A DNA stretch of 64,000 nt from the NCBI GenBank assembly GCA_973895155.1, contig OZ316898.1:5443079-5507078 (forward strand), read 5' to 3'. Below the pieces are notes generated by a model, which worked only from the letters and a program-made list of their open reading frames with translations, had not been told where the DNA came from and did no database searches. Below, in pieces: positions 50,176 through 62,720 of the stretch. Made by a program: the position numbers and the translations under genes. Origin of the DNA: Marsupella aquatica. Its lineage: Eukaryota > Plantae > Marchantiophyta. The number at the start of each line of letters is the position of its first letter. The stretch's first letter is position 1.

Positions 50176-53100
50176 ATGATGGCAGGAGGACTGGCGGGTG
50201 CCGCAATGTGTTGCTCCTCCTCTCCCGGAGTCTCCACTCGAATTTCGTCTTCTGCTGTTCTCTCAACTTCTGTACAGCGGCCTCGCTTCCAGGTGGGTGG
50301 GTGGGTCACATGCCACTGCCCGATGTGGCTGCTCCACATCGAAGGCTGATGCTGAAATTCCCGTGGTAGCTCAGAGGGTCTCTGGACGAGGGCAGAATGA
50401 CTGGATGCCCAATTCTGAGTCTGGATTTTGGGGGAAGATTCTTGCGAGGATGGAATTTTGCTTTTGCTGCTCTCTTCTGGAAACTTCCAACTCTCTGGCA
50501 GCAGAGGACTCGGGAATGCTTACATTTGCATGGCAGCATGAGCCTCTCAGTCGTGGGAGTGAAAGTCTAGCGTGGAGAGCGTAATTCTTGCTGAATATTG
50601 ATGGTGGAGCTCTTGCACTCGGCCTTAACGTCAGTCTTGGGAGGAGTGAATCGTTTTGATGAGCACTGTGGATTGTCACTACTTGTGATTGGTTTTCTCT
50701 CTTGTCTTCCTTGGTCATGCAGACATTGCCCTCCAGAGACCGGAGCAAGGAACGGAGTGGGCACATGCCAGAGGTAACTGTACTAGTGTCAGCCACCTTG
50801 GATGGTAAAAGTGTGAGTCGGCGGGAAGCAATGGGTCTCTCTGGAGCCGGCTTCGGAGCTCTCCTCCTCATCTCCGGTTTGTCGGCCACCGATGCAGTCA
50901 CTGCCGCTGAGTTCACTGACAGTATGAATTTCACATACCCTTCTTATCTCACTGTCCTGTTAGCTTTAGATTTAGCAAGTGGACGACGTGGTTAAAAACT
51001 AATCCAATTTCATCTGGCCCTCATTGCAAGCAATTGCAGCTACAAATTCCCCATGAAGGCTGGGCTTCTTGGGACTTGTTGTGATGGTTTATGGGACTGT
51101 TGATTTCGACAGAATATGAGAGAATTTACGAGGACTTGTTTCTTATTTTGCCAGGGATGTATATGGTTGCTTTGTGAATCCAGTGCCAGCATTGCGCGGG
51201 AAGGATTATGGAAAGTCTAAAATGAGCTATCCTGATTATATTCAAACACGGTCTGGCCTGCAATATAAGGTCTAGTATGTCGATGCACTCTGAAAGTCGG
51301 TTTTGGATGCTGTGTTTCATTCTTGGCAAGTCACAGGTTTTATTGGCTTTAAACTTCCGTTTGACAGCGTTCTATTTGGTCAAATAGCTAGACTCATTAG
51401 TTTGTTTGATCCACGATGCTTTCAACAGTTTTATTCTCCCTTGATGCCAAAGTAATCCCTTGCAGGACCTCAGAGACGGGGTCGGACCGAATCCTAATGA
51501 AGGTGACCTTGTAGTGGTAAGTGACTCTTGCCTTTTTTTGGAGCGACGAGTAAAAGAGGAAGTTAAGACTTATTCTCACGAAAGACACTTCAAATATGTC
51601 CTGAAGTTTCCACTCTAGACCGTAGCGCCTTAGCATCCTAAACTTCTGAGATGGATTTCGTTCTTGTCCGCGTTGCAATCTTCCAGTTTTACGGAACCAT
51701 TCCTCGAGAAAAGTTATGAAAAGGTTTAGTGCATCACATAATGTGAAAGTACATATTGCAATTTCTGAGTGATCGCTGCACGCAAAGTGTTATGATCTTT
51801 ATGACTTCATGAGAAAACTGATCAAATTCAAGTAAGATCGCTGGAAACACCACGTATTGCATAATCCTTGAAATCATTTACCAGCGATTTCAAATATATA
51901 ACCACTCATGAGCAGTCTAAGTGAACCTCATGTGTAATGGTGCTCTCAACGAAATTCGTTGATGCTGTACTTTCGGATTTGTAGAAGATTGCGGTTGATG
52001 GTTATCCTTAGATGTCTTGTTCAGATTAAAGACTTGACTGAGGATATGTAAGATTGGGGCCAGTGGACTAGCAAATAATTAATTCTTACTTCTTCTCAAA
52101 CTAAAGCTGATGCCAGTTATATTCTGGAAATTGCTTGTGTACTTTCGACATAAGTGGCTTCTTTATCTTTATTCACCTGGCTACGTTTCTTCTTAGGTTG
52201 ACTGGGCAGGATACACGATTGGCTACTATGGGAGGATTTTCGAGGCCCGCAACAAAGCTAAGGGCGGCTCCTTTGAGGTACTGTGGATACTTCCTAATAT
52301 TACAATTTACTTAATTATTCTTTGGACATCAGTTGTATTTCTCACATGGAAGTTACTGGAGAGACATCAGTCAGCAACATTTGAAGTTCTTAACACGCAG
52401 CAGAATTCATGTTAGAACAGAGCAGAGCTGTTTGAGGGCGGCTTCATATCTTTGCGATTGTCCTGTTATTCTGTGTAGGGTAACGACAAAGGGTATTTCA
52501 AGTTTAAGGTTGGGGAGGATCAGGTAAGCGTTATTATTTATCGCTTCAGCACATGTACGTCTGTTCCGATGACAAGCTGGTCATCTACCCCTGAAAACTG
52601 TGCTTCTAGTCGTGATTAAGATCCTGCTTTGTTTGTTTTGTTTGCAATTTTATATAGGTCATACCTGCATTTGAGGAGGCCATCAAGACTATGCGCGTGG
52701 GAGGTGTCAGAAGGTAGACTACCCTCGCCTCCTGAAATGTTCTGGATGTATCTTCTGTCTGAAACTGAAATGAGGGTTCCTGTTGGGTTGGTTGTCTCAC
52801 TATTTGTAAATGCCTTGGATCAACAGAATCATAGTACCTGCTGATCTGGGTTACCCGAACAATGATTACAATACAAAAGGGCCACAGCCATCGACATTTT
52901 CGGTACACAAGCTCTTATGAGTTCCAAATCCCCTCAAAAACATTTTTTTACATGCTTGTAGGAAACTTTGTACATCTGATATGCTCCTCTTTATTGAGGC
53001 TGATTTCAAGCTGGGAATTTTTAGACTATCATCTTGTGCTCATGGGATCGATTGATATCTTGGTGTCGAACGTGTGTTTTTGTTTTACTTCCCCAATGCC

Positions 53101-53240
53101 TTCTAAAGTACTTATTGTCCTGACCCACAATCTTCTGTGTGTAGGGTCAAAGAACCCTCGATTTTGTGTTAAAGAATCAAGGACTTATTGACAAGACTCT
53201 TCTATTTGACATTGAGCTATTGAAGGTGTTGGGAAAGTGA
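50176..53240 (+). CDS. FKBP19: Thylakoid-lumen peptidyl-prolyl isomerase FKBP19, 268 aa
   Basis: Exons 50176-50292, 50723-50921, 51184-51269, 51466-51516, 52197-52277, 52479-52523, 52658-52713, 52827-52902, 53145-53240. Transit peptide plus twin-Arg signal (SRREAM); MPALRGKDYGK, GYTIGYYGRIFEARNK.KGGSFEG, VIPAFEEA, NQGLIDKTLLFDIELLK. Confidence 0.95.
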
Positions 53241-54470
53241 GCTCACATCTTGGCTCGTAGTTGCCCTCAAACAAGATTCTCTGGGAGCGGAGCTTAGGAG
53301 TGCAAGCCTTTTGATCTCCGTCCATTTTCGGTGTGGAGTTTTCCGAGTGCTGTAATGATACGTTCACACATTCGAAATCAGGTGCTGGGTATGTCAGGAA
53401 AATGTGCCAAGCAGTGGCTCAAGATATTTGAGGTGTACCATAAGGCTGCTGAATAGCAGGTGATTTAAATAGAAACGCACGCGTGCGAGCTTGGATTGAA
53501 AATCAATCTGATGAGTGATTATAAGTGACTGGTATATTTTTCCTCAAATTCTATTCTTTGTTTGTGGTCTCACTGCTTATGGCTTAGGTGACGATGTATG
53601 ATTTGTTTACACAGAACCATATTCTCTGTACTTTCCTGAAAACGGTATCCCAATGTACCTCGCCTTTCTGTCTTGTGCCCTGTGCAATCGAGACAAACAG
53701 TTCCCATGTACACCTGACAAAGCAGAAGGCCGATTTGGACTCCAGGGAACGGCTAATAAATGCAAAATATATTTTACGTGTAGCCTCTTCTTTATAGCAC
53801 AATTGGGTGAAAATCTACTAGACTTGTTGCAACTTTCAAGATACCGTGTTCAGAGAATATGGCTCCCGTCTTCTCTAGTGAGGTTGGACTCTGATTTGGA
53901 CCCTCCCACGCGTCTTGAGGGTATCGTCAGTTCTGCAACTTTCCTGGAGTTGTTTGGTGACGGGATCCTACAACAATTGATCCCAGGTCATTCACATCTA
54001 CATTGTATGTGGCTATCTGATTCCGCTTTGGGGTTGGGGTCTGATTCCCGTCTTTCTGATGGCCACTCGAATCTGTGATCATTCTCATCTATCGTATAAT
54101 ATAAACCATCACATTCATCATCTTCTTCCTGACGTGGTGTTCTTGTTCATATCACTCGCCAAGAATCCAAAGGACCTCAACAGCAAGCATCAGATAAGTG
54201 ACATTCGGAGTTTTACTATAGACGCAAGGCCTCCTTTGCGAAATCCATTTTCAACTCTACGTGAACATAAGGAGTCACAAGGTATCGGCGATAGCCACTC
54301 TTCACGTTTCATAAAAACGGGCAACCTCTATCCGGTTCTTGGGGCTCCGCTGCCATTCATAAAACGATATCCTACATTTCTTCCGTGAGACCAGCTAATT
54401 CCCACATCTGGCACTAAGGAATTCACCGTCAGAGTCGTTTACTCGAAACCAACGGAAACGACAGAAGCAC

Positions 54471-54628
54471 AACGATTGATGAGGAAGCTCGAGTGCAGAC
54501 GCCAGATGATGACGTAGTGCAGGGGAGCGAAACGCAGTAAAATACAAGTAACGATTGATGAGGAAGCTCGAGTGCAGACGCCAGATGATGACGTAGTGCA
54601 GGGGAGCGAAACGCAGTAAAATACAAGT
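54471..54628. repeat. Perfect tandem duplication (~79 bp x2) 3' of the membrane-protein gene
   Basis: AACGATTGATGAGGAAGCTCGAGTGCAGACG...GCAGTAAAATACAAGT occurs twice. Confidence 0.92.
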
Positions 54629-54723
54629 TCCTGTGCACGGACTGTGGGTAGTAGTGGGATACTTACTGTCAAAGAATAGTTCTGATCAGTCACCCCGGCA
54701 TCTTGACGAGGTTCATAAGAAGA

Positions 54724-56079
54724 TCAGAGCATGGGACTCACACCCTCTGGAACCCTAGACGTATCCAAAGCCTCAAAAGACGAAGACTTTGGACACGTGA
54801 AGTAAAGGACTGCTGTCATAATGTCAGCAAACAGATACACAAAGGAATGTAAAAGAATTAGAAGAGGCGCTTCCCAGGAAACCGAGGAATTGTGCTCAGT
54901 ATAGTAATTTTCGTCAGTGACCCGATATTCAAACAGAAGTGTGACGAATCCAACACAGAGAAACGTCACCAAATAGGAGCCCAAAGCCACTTGAAGCCTC
55001 CCTTGCAGAACAGAGAAGCTCCGGGCCAATGCTGCAAACCCATATTTGTCCTCGAGGATGCATATCACATTTGCGACATTCAATATTATCTTCAAATAGA
55101 CGAAGACTCCACAAACAGTAAGCCCCAGTACTGTGAAGGCCAGCAGCATTATGGTTGATGGAGCATGAAGTGCAGCAAATACCCCATTGGCAACACCCAC
55201 AAAGAGTAGAGCAGTAACCCCTGCCCCCACAAAGATTGCCAAGGAAGAAAAGTACGTGATCACCAGTGGAAGCCACACTCTGGGCACCACACGGTATATG
55301 ATATCCATGAAAGACACCTTCAGCCCAGCATAAGTTGAAGCCACCGTGTACACCACCCCAGCCTGTGAGAGAGCTGCCAACGAGATGGCCAGAGGTATGT
55401 CTAGCACTGAGGTCACCAAGAAATTGGCAATTTTCAGATACATGAATTTCGTATAGGGAGTTCTAATGCCGGCAGCCACTGATTCTTCAAACACAGCAAC
55501 CTCCAGATGAGTCTTCGTCCACTCTATCACAGGCCGAGTAACGACCACGTGAGTGAGGAGAATGATAGACACAGGCAAAATCAAGGCTGCTGCCAGACTT
55601 ATGAATAGATCTGACTGCCTTCTGAGTATCCTTGACGCCTCTCTCATGATATCGAGAGTGTCCAGATCGTCTGGTAGGCCCCCAAACTTCCTGTGGTTGA
55701 GCTCATCCCACGACCGAACACGATGCACAAGAGGAGTAAGAATGGCATCGGGATTTTGAGAGCCCTCCACATTCTCCTCAGCAGCACCAGCAGCAGTCCT
55801 TTGCAGAAGTAGGTCATCTTCCCTGCTGTGGGCTCCTCCTCTCCCTTCGAGATGATCTCCAGAAATTGAAGAATTTGTCAAAATTTTAGGGCCTAGGAGT
55901 CTTAACCGGTCTCCAGACTCGTCATTATCATCTGTAGACTGGCTGGGGACGTCAGTCATCATTATTCGGACTTCTCCAGGCCCTCCTCCTGAATGGACTG
56001 GAGGCTCTACAATGAGCACATCCGGCTGCAGCGTGCTGACATGGTGCCGCTCATGGAGCGTGCCTCTAATCCCATCCAT
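54724..56079 (-). CDS. Intronless plant multi-pass membrane protein of unknown function (At1g26650/At1g69430-like), 451 aa
   Basis: Single long ORF (first ATG 56079) with a disordered N-terminus and about six hydrophobic helices. LDIMREASRILR, NVANVICILED..G..AL.RS..L.G..QVAL, LFEYRV and WEAPLLILLHSFV match the family as recalled, not searched. Confidence 0.85.
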   Translation of the reverse strand: MDGIRGTLHERHHVSTLQPDVLIVEPPVHSGGGPGEVRIMMTDVPSQSTDDNDESGDRLRLLGPKILTNSSISGDHLEGRGGAHSREDDLLLQRTAAGAAEENVEGSQNPDAILTPLVHRVRSWDELNHRKFGGLPDDLDTLDIMREASRILRRQSDLFISLAAALILPVSIILLTHVVVTRPVIEWTKTHLEVAVFEESVAAGIRTPYTKFMYLKIANFLVTSVLDIPLAISLAALSQAGVVYTVASTYAGLKVSFMDIIYRVVPRVWLPLVITYFSSLAIFVGAGVTALLFVGVANGVFAALHAPSTIMLLAFTVLGLTVCGVFVYLKIILNVANVICILEDKYGFAALARSFSVLQGRLQVALGSYLVTFLCVGFVTLLFEYRVTDENYYTEHNSSVSWEAPLLILLHSFVYLFADIMTAVLYFTCPKSSSFEALDTSRVPEGVSPML

Positions 56080-57049
56080 GAGCAACAAACGCCGTTTTCC
56101 AGAAATTTACAACAGACTAGCAACCTTCCTCTCCGGGTGCTCTGCCTTTCGAGTCATCTCATATCATTCACAATTCCCACCTAATCGACATTCATCTACC
56201 CCTTACCCATCTCTCCCATGTTCGTGCGCTGATTAATCTCCTCGCCGCTGATTAATTATTCATCTCACGATCAAGATCCGAGAGACGATGGCGCTAAGAC
56301 GAGGAAGTGACAAATTGATTGCAAAATCCTTCTCCTCCCGCCCGTGATTGAAACGACCCAATCCTCCACAGCTTTCATTACTCCATCACTGCTCGTGTCC
56401 TCCCCAGCCTGCTCTCTCTGGGCCTCCTCGAAAAGGCCCGTTCCTTTTCCTTTCCATAGGTAATCGTTCCACCCACCTTTGCAAAACGCAGGCCAACACC
56501 CACCTCTCACGCTCTCTCTATTGGTCAAAATCTCCTCGTCCTCGTCCTCACTACAGCAATCTCAAAAAGTAGATTGCTCGCACGTTCCTCATTCAGAAAT
56601 CTCACTCCTCCTCCTCCTGCTCCTCCTCGTCCTCCTCTCTGCACCCACCTCAAAATAAAATTGCTCGCTCGTTCCTGATTCAGAAGCAGAGAGGTGGAAT
56701 TCAGGCAGTTTAATGAAATCGAGGTGTTCCTGAGGATGTCAGCATTGCTCGCTGCTTTATTTATGATTGCAGAGGGGTCCTCGAACCCAGTGTAGTCCGT
56801 CCAGTACGAGCGGGGAGCAGAGCAGAGCAGAACCGAGCCGAGCAGAGCCGAGCAGCGCGTGAGTGAATGCGGAGGAGATGGAAGACATGATTTGGCACGC
56901 CGGGGAGCAGACGAGAGGAGAGGGGGACTACAGTAGACAGTGGGAGGGGAGTGAGGGACGCACGAATCCATCCATCTGCTCTCTTCGTGGGGGCGGGGGG
57001 TGAGCCCTGACCTGTAAACTCCCGTCCTCGTGTGCTCCCATCCCCACCT

Positions 57050-57590
57050 TATGCCCTTAAGGTTGTGATTTTTGCCTTTGTATTTATTTGTGAGGGCATT
57101 CTGGAGATTTTTGCCTTTGTATTTGTCAGCGCATTCTGGGAGCATAATGCCCGGGTCAAGATCTGGTTCACCTCTTTAGGACCTTCTCCTCGGCCTTTAC
57201 TAGTGTTAGAAAAAAATTGGAATCCCTTGGGCCTTGAAGTGATATAATAAGGTCCTGTTTAAGGAGCATAATAACTCCTCCAACTTGAGCTGAACCTTTT
57301 GTTTTTTGGGGGCATCATATCCTATAATGTTCTGAAAACAGGACTTTATTGTATACTTACTGGTCTCCCATTGCAGTCCCTGGCCTTGTTTGGTAGTGTC
57401 CCTGTAATTGCAGTGTTTCAGGAGCATTATGGGCAATAACAACCCCTCCAACTTGAGCTGAAGCTTTTGTTTTTGGGGGGCATCATATCCCTATAATGTT
57501 CTCTAAACAGAACTTTACTGTAGACTTATTTACTGGTCTCCCATTGCAGTCTCCTGGCCTTGTTTGGTAGTGTCCCTGTAATTGCATATC
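57050..57590. repeat. Dispersed repeat with an internal ~165-bp tandem duplication
   Basis: CTCCAACTTGAGCTGAA...TTACTGGTCTCCCATTGCAGTC..TAGTGTCCCTGTAATTGCA occurs twice; inverted homolog at 41760-42035. Confidence 0.8.
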
Positions 57591-58449
57591 AAAAGCCTAC
57601 AGCCAGATAAGTATATAGAATAACACTCAATGATTTAAAGAATATATCATGGTATATATGGAGTGACAGAGTACACCATTATTATCACATTTTGATGTGC
57701 AGTTATCAGGGTGTTGTTTGGTACATTCAGGTAGACCTTAGTCAGAGCATCCTTGCCAGTGTTTTTATTTCAGGTGGAGGCAAGTAAGCCAGATGGCGAG
57801 CTCCTCATGGAACCCAACAGGAGATCTGGCGAGTGGGGGTGCTGAATGTTGAGAATCATGTGGCAAACCAGGTAACCTGGCAGTAAGGTGGCTGGCTCTT
57901 GCACTTTCCAGGTGGCAAGGAGGGATTGGTGAATTGAGCTCCCACCAGGTAAGGTTAAACTAAGGCTAGTCAAGGTCGTGCCAGGTAAGTTTATTGGCAA
58001 TTCTGGCAAACTGAGGTAGGAATTGAGGCAATCTGGCAAATTGAGGTGGGAATGGCACATGAGTTTCGCTAAGTGTTCAAAAATGTACCATATGAGTAAC
58101 CAGATCTGTGACCAAAGAACATTAGGGTTTTTTAAACCTAATTTTGAGACTTGTGAGAAAATGTTTCCTTATCTGAACCATTAAAATGACTGTACATTTT
58201 GCACTTGGTGTACTGTTTTACAAAAACGAGACTCCCAAGTTTTTCTGCAAATTTTGAATTAGATATGTATCTTGAATGTTAAAAACATCTGGACATTAAC
58301 TTCTTCATTTTTAAATCTTGAACAGAATTCTTTACTTATGAGACAAGTAAACCCAATAAAATAGGGAGTAAACAGGCCAGACCCAAAGCAGGTCACAGAC
58401 CAAACGCCACACAAAGCCCAAACACATTTAGTCGTGTAAGCAGGCAAAA

Positions 58450-59900
58450 GGCAAACAGGACAACAGTAAAAGGCCACCAAATCGGCCCCACCAAAAATGA
58501 CATTCAAGCCTAACCTACTAAAGACAAAGAACTGCAGAAATGAGGGCTGCACTCATGCCAAAGTGCAAGGAGAGACCCCATAAGAACCAACATCTGACCA
58601 ACTGAACTTCAGCAAAAATCCCTAAACAAAAGGATTCACCAACTGCAAACAGCCAACTACCAACCCAAACCCAAAGCACCATAACAGCAATTGCTGCAAG
58701 GTAGGTCAAACATCCATATTAATGGAGTGTAATCCACTATAGAAGGACCTTCTACAATATGGTACAGGCAATTGTCCCAACCAAAATCCTGGTTCATCCT
58801 CCCGGCCAACTCCTGTCTACCACTACCATACAATTAGACTTCAAGCACCCCAGACATTGATTCCAGGTAATCTTCATACATAATTGGAGTTCTCTCCAAA
58901 TTTTGGTCTGTATCCCCACCACAGTAATTTTCACCTTCTCTTTTTCCAGAGAGCAACAAGCCTTCCATAACTGCCAATTTGTTAAACCTCTAAAATGTGA
59001 ACACCCTCATTATTGCTAGACAAAGGCACACCCATGATCACATGGACCGCAGTAAAGAAAAAAGGAAACATAAGAACCAATCCGCCCACTGCATCACTTT
59101 CAAAATCCACTGCCAGATCCATAAATTGCAATTTTGGACAACTCCACTAATAGTGAAAGAAGTCGTCATGTACACAAGCATGTGGGCAAGCATGTACATT
59201 CAGATCAGAGCACCCACACCGCCACTCTGCATCACTTCTAGAAAAAGGTATAACAATGCCTGGCATATTAAGAATAAATTGACCAACCTTCATCTCCCAA
59301 AATTGTTTCCAGATATTCAGACCTCCAAATAATCTGATCAGTTGGGACTGCTCTCAGCTCCATCTGCTATTTCTGCACCCCAGCCACCATATCTACCTTG
59401 TCCCAATTCTGAAGTAAATCCAGATACTGGTCGTTGAAGTGTGAAAGAAGCCTTTCCCATCCTTCCACAAGAGTTGAGTTGAATCCCCAACACTTATGTG
59501 TGAGCCAGGTTTTAACTTTCCCAGTAACCATAGTGTGTAACACCAATCCAATCAGAGGAACCAGAATTGAAACCACTTTATGCATCTCACCGTTATGTAA
59601 AACAAAAGTTCCACTTACTAGGAATCTGGTAAATCTCTCCTGACATCCAAAAATCCTTCACCTCTGTATTTAGGACCAGAATTTCCCACACCAAATGACC
59701 ATCCTGAATTGGTTTCATTTGCCCAAATTGGAACCTTGAACTAGACATAAGGCCCAAATAAGCTCAATGTCCCCTGGTTTGCACTCCAACACTAACCATC
59801 TCTTCCAATGACTTAGGATTCATTACCATCACCCAAACTCACATGTTCAGACCCAACAAACACATGTGTCTTTCCTGATTGGATGTACATCCCACTGCCC
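58450..59900 (-). mobile_element. Decayed L1-type LINE, ORF2 3' region (zf-RVT-like)
   Basis: Frameshifted minus-strand pieces WSCPKL, WIWQWILKVMQW and KIWRELQLCMKITWN are typical of L1 ORF2 C-termini. Confidence 0.5.
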
Positions 59901-60784
59901 AATCACCACATGATTTCGGACCCCCATGGGAAGTTCCTTCCAAAATGCTTGGATGCATGTGCACCCACATCGATCAGCATGATTTGTCGCAAACAAGAAC
60001 CGCTAGTCATACAAGAAGAACCAAATTTGACTATTCATGTTTGAGGCAAGGCAAAGTAAAACAGTTAAACTATCATGTAATTGTAAATACAATAGAAAAC
60101 TGAAAAGTAACATTTCAAGTACCCTTTGGCAACTATGGATAGAGGAGTAACAAGCAAAGGTAAGAAACACCATAACTACTATGGGTAGTGGAATAGCAAG
60201 GGACTCTACGACCTTAGTTTCAACTTCTTTGGACAAAGTAATATTTTGCATGCACTATATGGAATGTTACATGTATTGTATAGACTTAGACGTACTAAGG
60301 GAAATCTAACCTTTTGCATGGACAATTACCCTAGGTATTACCATGAATGTACTCCAATGTTTTTCAATGAAATTGTACTAACTACCTTTAAAATTCACTT
60401 CATTTAGAATCCTTCATTTAATCTTTGTCCTCTCATCTATTTATTCCAATGTGCAAACTCTTCATGGCTCCAAATAGTCCAATAAAACCAGCTTACATAA
60501 CCAAGTTAGGGGTCTTCAAACTAATTGCTAAATCAAGGGAGACCAAGTACGTACAATGGTAGCCTCAACACTGACTGAATGATAGCCGGCACCAAAAACA
60601 TCAGGAGAGACTTCACTTTATTCCATGGGCGACAAATCCCTTTCCACAAAAAAGATCCACCTGACGGTAGGGTACAACACTTGTTGACTACCATGAGTAA
60701 TGATCACACCCCAGGCATTTATGTACCAACAGCTCCCGAATCCAAGATTATAACAAATCTGTAGAGGATGATCCCCGTTCCAAA

Positions 60785-61290
60785 TCTAACACTATAATAC
60801 GCAATCCCGCCCATTTGGCCACTTTCGTCCGTCGTCCCATTACGAATTCAAATTTCAGCGGGAATCAATCTTAGCCGTCAGATACAAGCATCTCATTTTT
60901 TGTAGCCGTACGATCGTGAAACGAGGCATGCACCAGATTGAATGAGGCACTCAGGCACGCGCAGCCCCCTCCATAGGGCTTCGCGCCCCTCCTGGCCCCG
61001 ACACCCCTGCTCCCCGTCCGTGGCGAATGAAGGAGGCACGAGCCTCGCTCACCCCCTCCATAGGGCTTTGTGCCCTCCAGCCTCGCTCACCCCCCTCCAT
61101 AGGGCTTCGTGCCCTCCAGCCTCGCTCGCCCCCCTCCATAGGGCTTCGCGGCCTCCTGCCTCGCTCGCCCCCCAAACATGCGATTGATTGCTCGAGAAGT
61201 GAGAAGAAAACTTTCTTTCGAGGCATACATCAGATTCTCCCTATGGGACCGGCCCTCCTTGCACAGTGCAACGCTCTGGCATAGGGCTCG
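60785..61290 (+). mobile_element. Non-autonomous Helitron with an internal ~40-bp tandem repeat
   Basis: A|TCTAACACTATAATA 5' end; 3' imperfect hairpin CAGTGCAACGCTCTG followed by GCATAGGGCTCG|T. Four CCCCCTCCATAGGGCTT units at 60955-61175. Confidence 0.6.
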
Positions 61291-61876
61291 TAGGAAACAT
61301 AATAAACCAAGCCTGCTGCCAACCCAGCCACCTGATGTTCAATTGCAATCAACCCCACTCCGCATTCAGGAATGAAACTCAATCTTGAGGCTCATTAAGA
61401 GCCTCCGTCCCACCTCCGTACACAGCTGCCTGCATCTCAGGGGGGGGGGCACTTCCATGGAAGTGGCACATCACGTGCAACAAAGTCGGGAACAAAGTAT
61501 AGACCCATTTTAATGTGTGTGACGAAAGACTTCCAAAGTTTTGTGGAAGAACACATACGGCATGTTTTCTTGACTGGTCGGCTTTAAAGAACACATAGAC
61601 CTATTTAATTGAAAAAATACTATCTTTCTTAAATTTTTTTAGGGGTTTTTAGTAAAACATGACAAAATTTAAAGAAAGAAAGGGTTTGCAAAAAAATATT
61701 GTCACTTATAAATTAGGGGGGTCAAACCCTAAAGCGTCACACCGATGTATGGCCCTCCATATAGTCACCCCCCCGAGGCCCACATACGCTATCGGGCAAG
61801 TCCAAATGTTTTTGATATGTCAATAGAGTATGAATAAACACCACTTTTAGGTGGGGTGAATGACAAAAGCTATATC

Positions 61877-61946
61877 TGCACCAACAGGATTCAAACTTGA
61901 GACCTCCTTGACCCCAGTGAGTTACTCTACCATGCAGCCTTGGGGC
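61877..61946 (-). ncRNA. Degenerate tRNA-like sequence (tRNA pseudogene or SINE head)
   Basis: GCCCCAA...TTGGTGC acceptor-like stem (6/7 pairs), A-box-like AGGCTGCATGGTAGAG and B-box-like GTTTGAATCC. Anticodon arm not resolvable. Confidence 0.45.
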
Positions 61947-62099
61947 AGCTTGTGACAAAGAGGAATTGCACCCAGTACTTAAACTGATAACAATGTCAGG
62001 AACAGTAGGCAGTGGGCAGCTAGGTAGTGCTAATCAATGCTAATCGCATTGATTAGCCTTAATATTGCTTTTCATCCTTAATCATTTCACCTTCTATCT

Positions 62100-62720
62100 T
62101 ATTCATGGAGAGAGTCAGGAAATTAATACTATGCATTCAGTGGGGAAATATCTTGCTCAGCCCAAAGAAAGTTGATCAGCACCATCTTAGTTAATAGCAT
62201 GTAGCTCAAGATCAGACCCACACCAGAGAGTAAGGGTGAACCAGAAACCCCATCAAATAATGGTTTACCACCAAGAACCTCTGAAGGATTGTGGTCTCAA
62301 CCTAGCCTAGATCAGCTTATTTTCCAGTAACATCTTTAACAACTGCAGTATCTTGACAGTATCTATCCTTTCCGCCCCAAAGAGGAAGCCCAGAACCTTA
62401 GAGTAGTTCCCCAGACCTTCCCAATGCCAACAAAGATCCAACAGCTCACTTGGTATCAGATTATTGCTCAGCAGAATTGCAGTGAGTCGCTTCCTCCCAA
62501 TTGCACTCCAATCCCCATGCCGTTGCAAAAACCTCAAAAACTTCCTGACAGTTGTTGATATTCTCTCTCTCCCCCCTTAATATCAGAATAGAACTCCTGA
62601 GCAAGATGCAACCAGCTTTATGAAGTTGGCCTCCCTTATGAACCTCTCTTTAGTTTGACTTGAAGTTTGGGGAGTTTGATCATGCTAGAGCCAAAGTGTC
62701 CAATGATGCTCTCAACCCCT
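62100..62720 (-). mobile_element. Decayed L1-type LINE, end of the RT domain
   Basis: KVLGFLFG...LLENKL, then VLVVNH..., then LINFLWA: the usual L1 post-RT motif order. Collinear with 58450-59900. Confidence 0.6.

Noticed and set aside
49685-50934. Minus-strand ORFs of 193 and 187 aa
   Set aside because: Antisense shadows of the FKBP19 promoter and exons 1-2.
53650-54390. ORFs between FKBP19 and the membrane-protein gene
   Set aside because: No recognisable domain or splice pattern; perhaps TE debris, but unsupported.
56525-57145. 206-aa minus-strand ORF
   Set aside because: Low-complexity leader/promoter and repeat-derived sequence.
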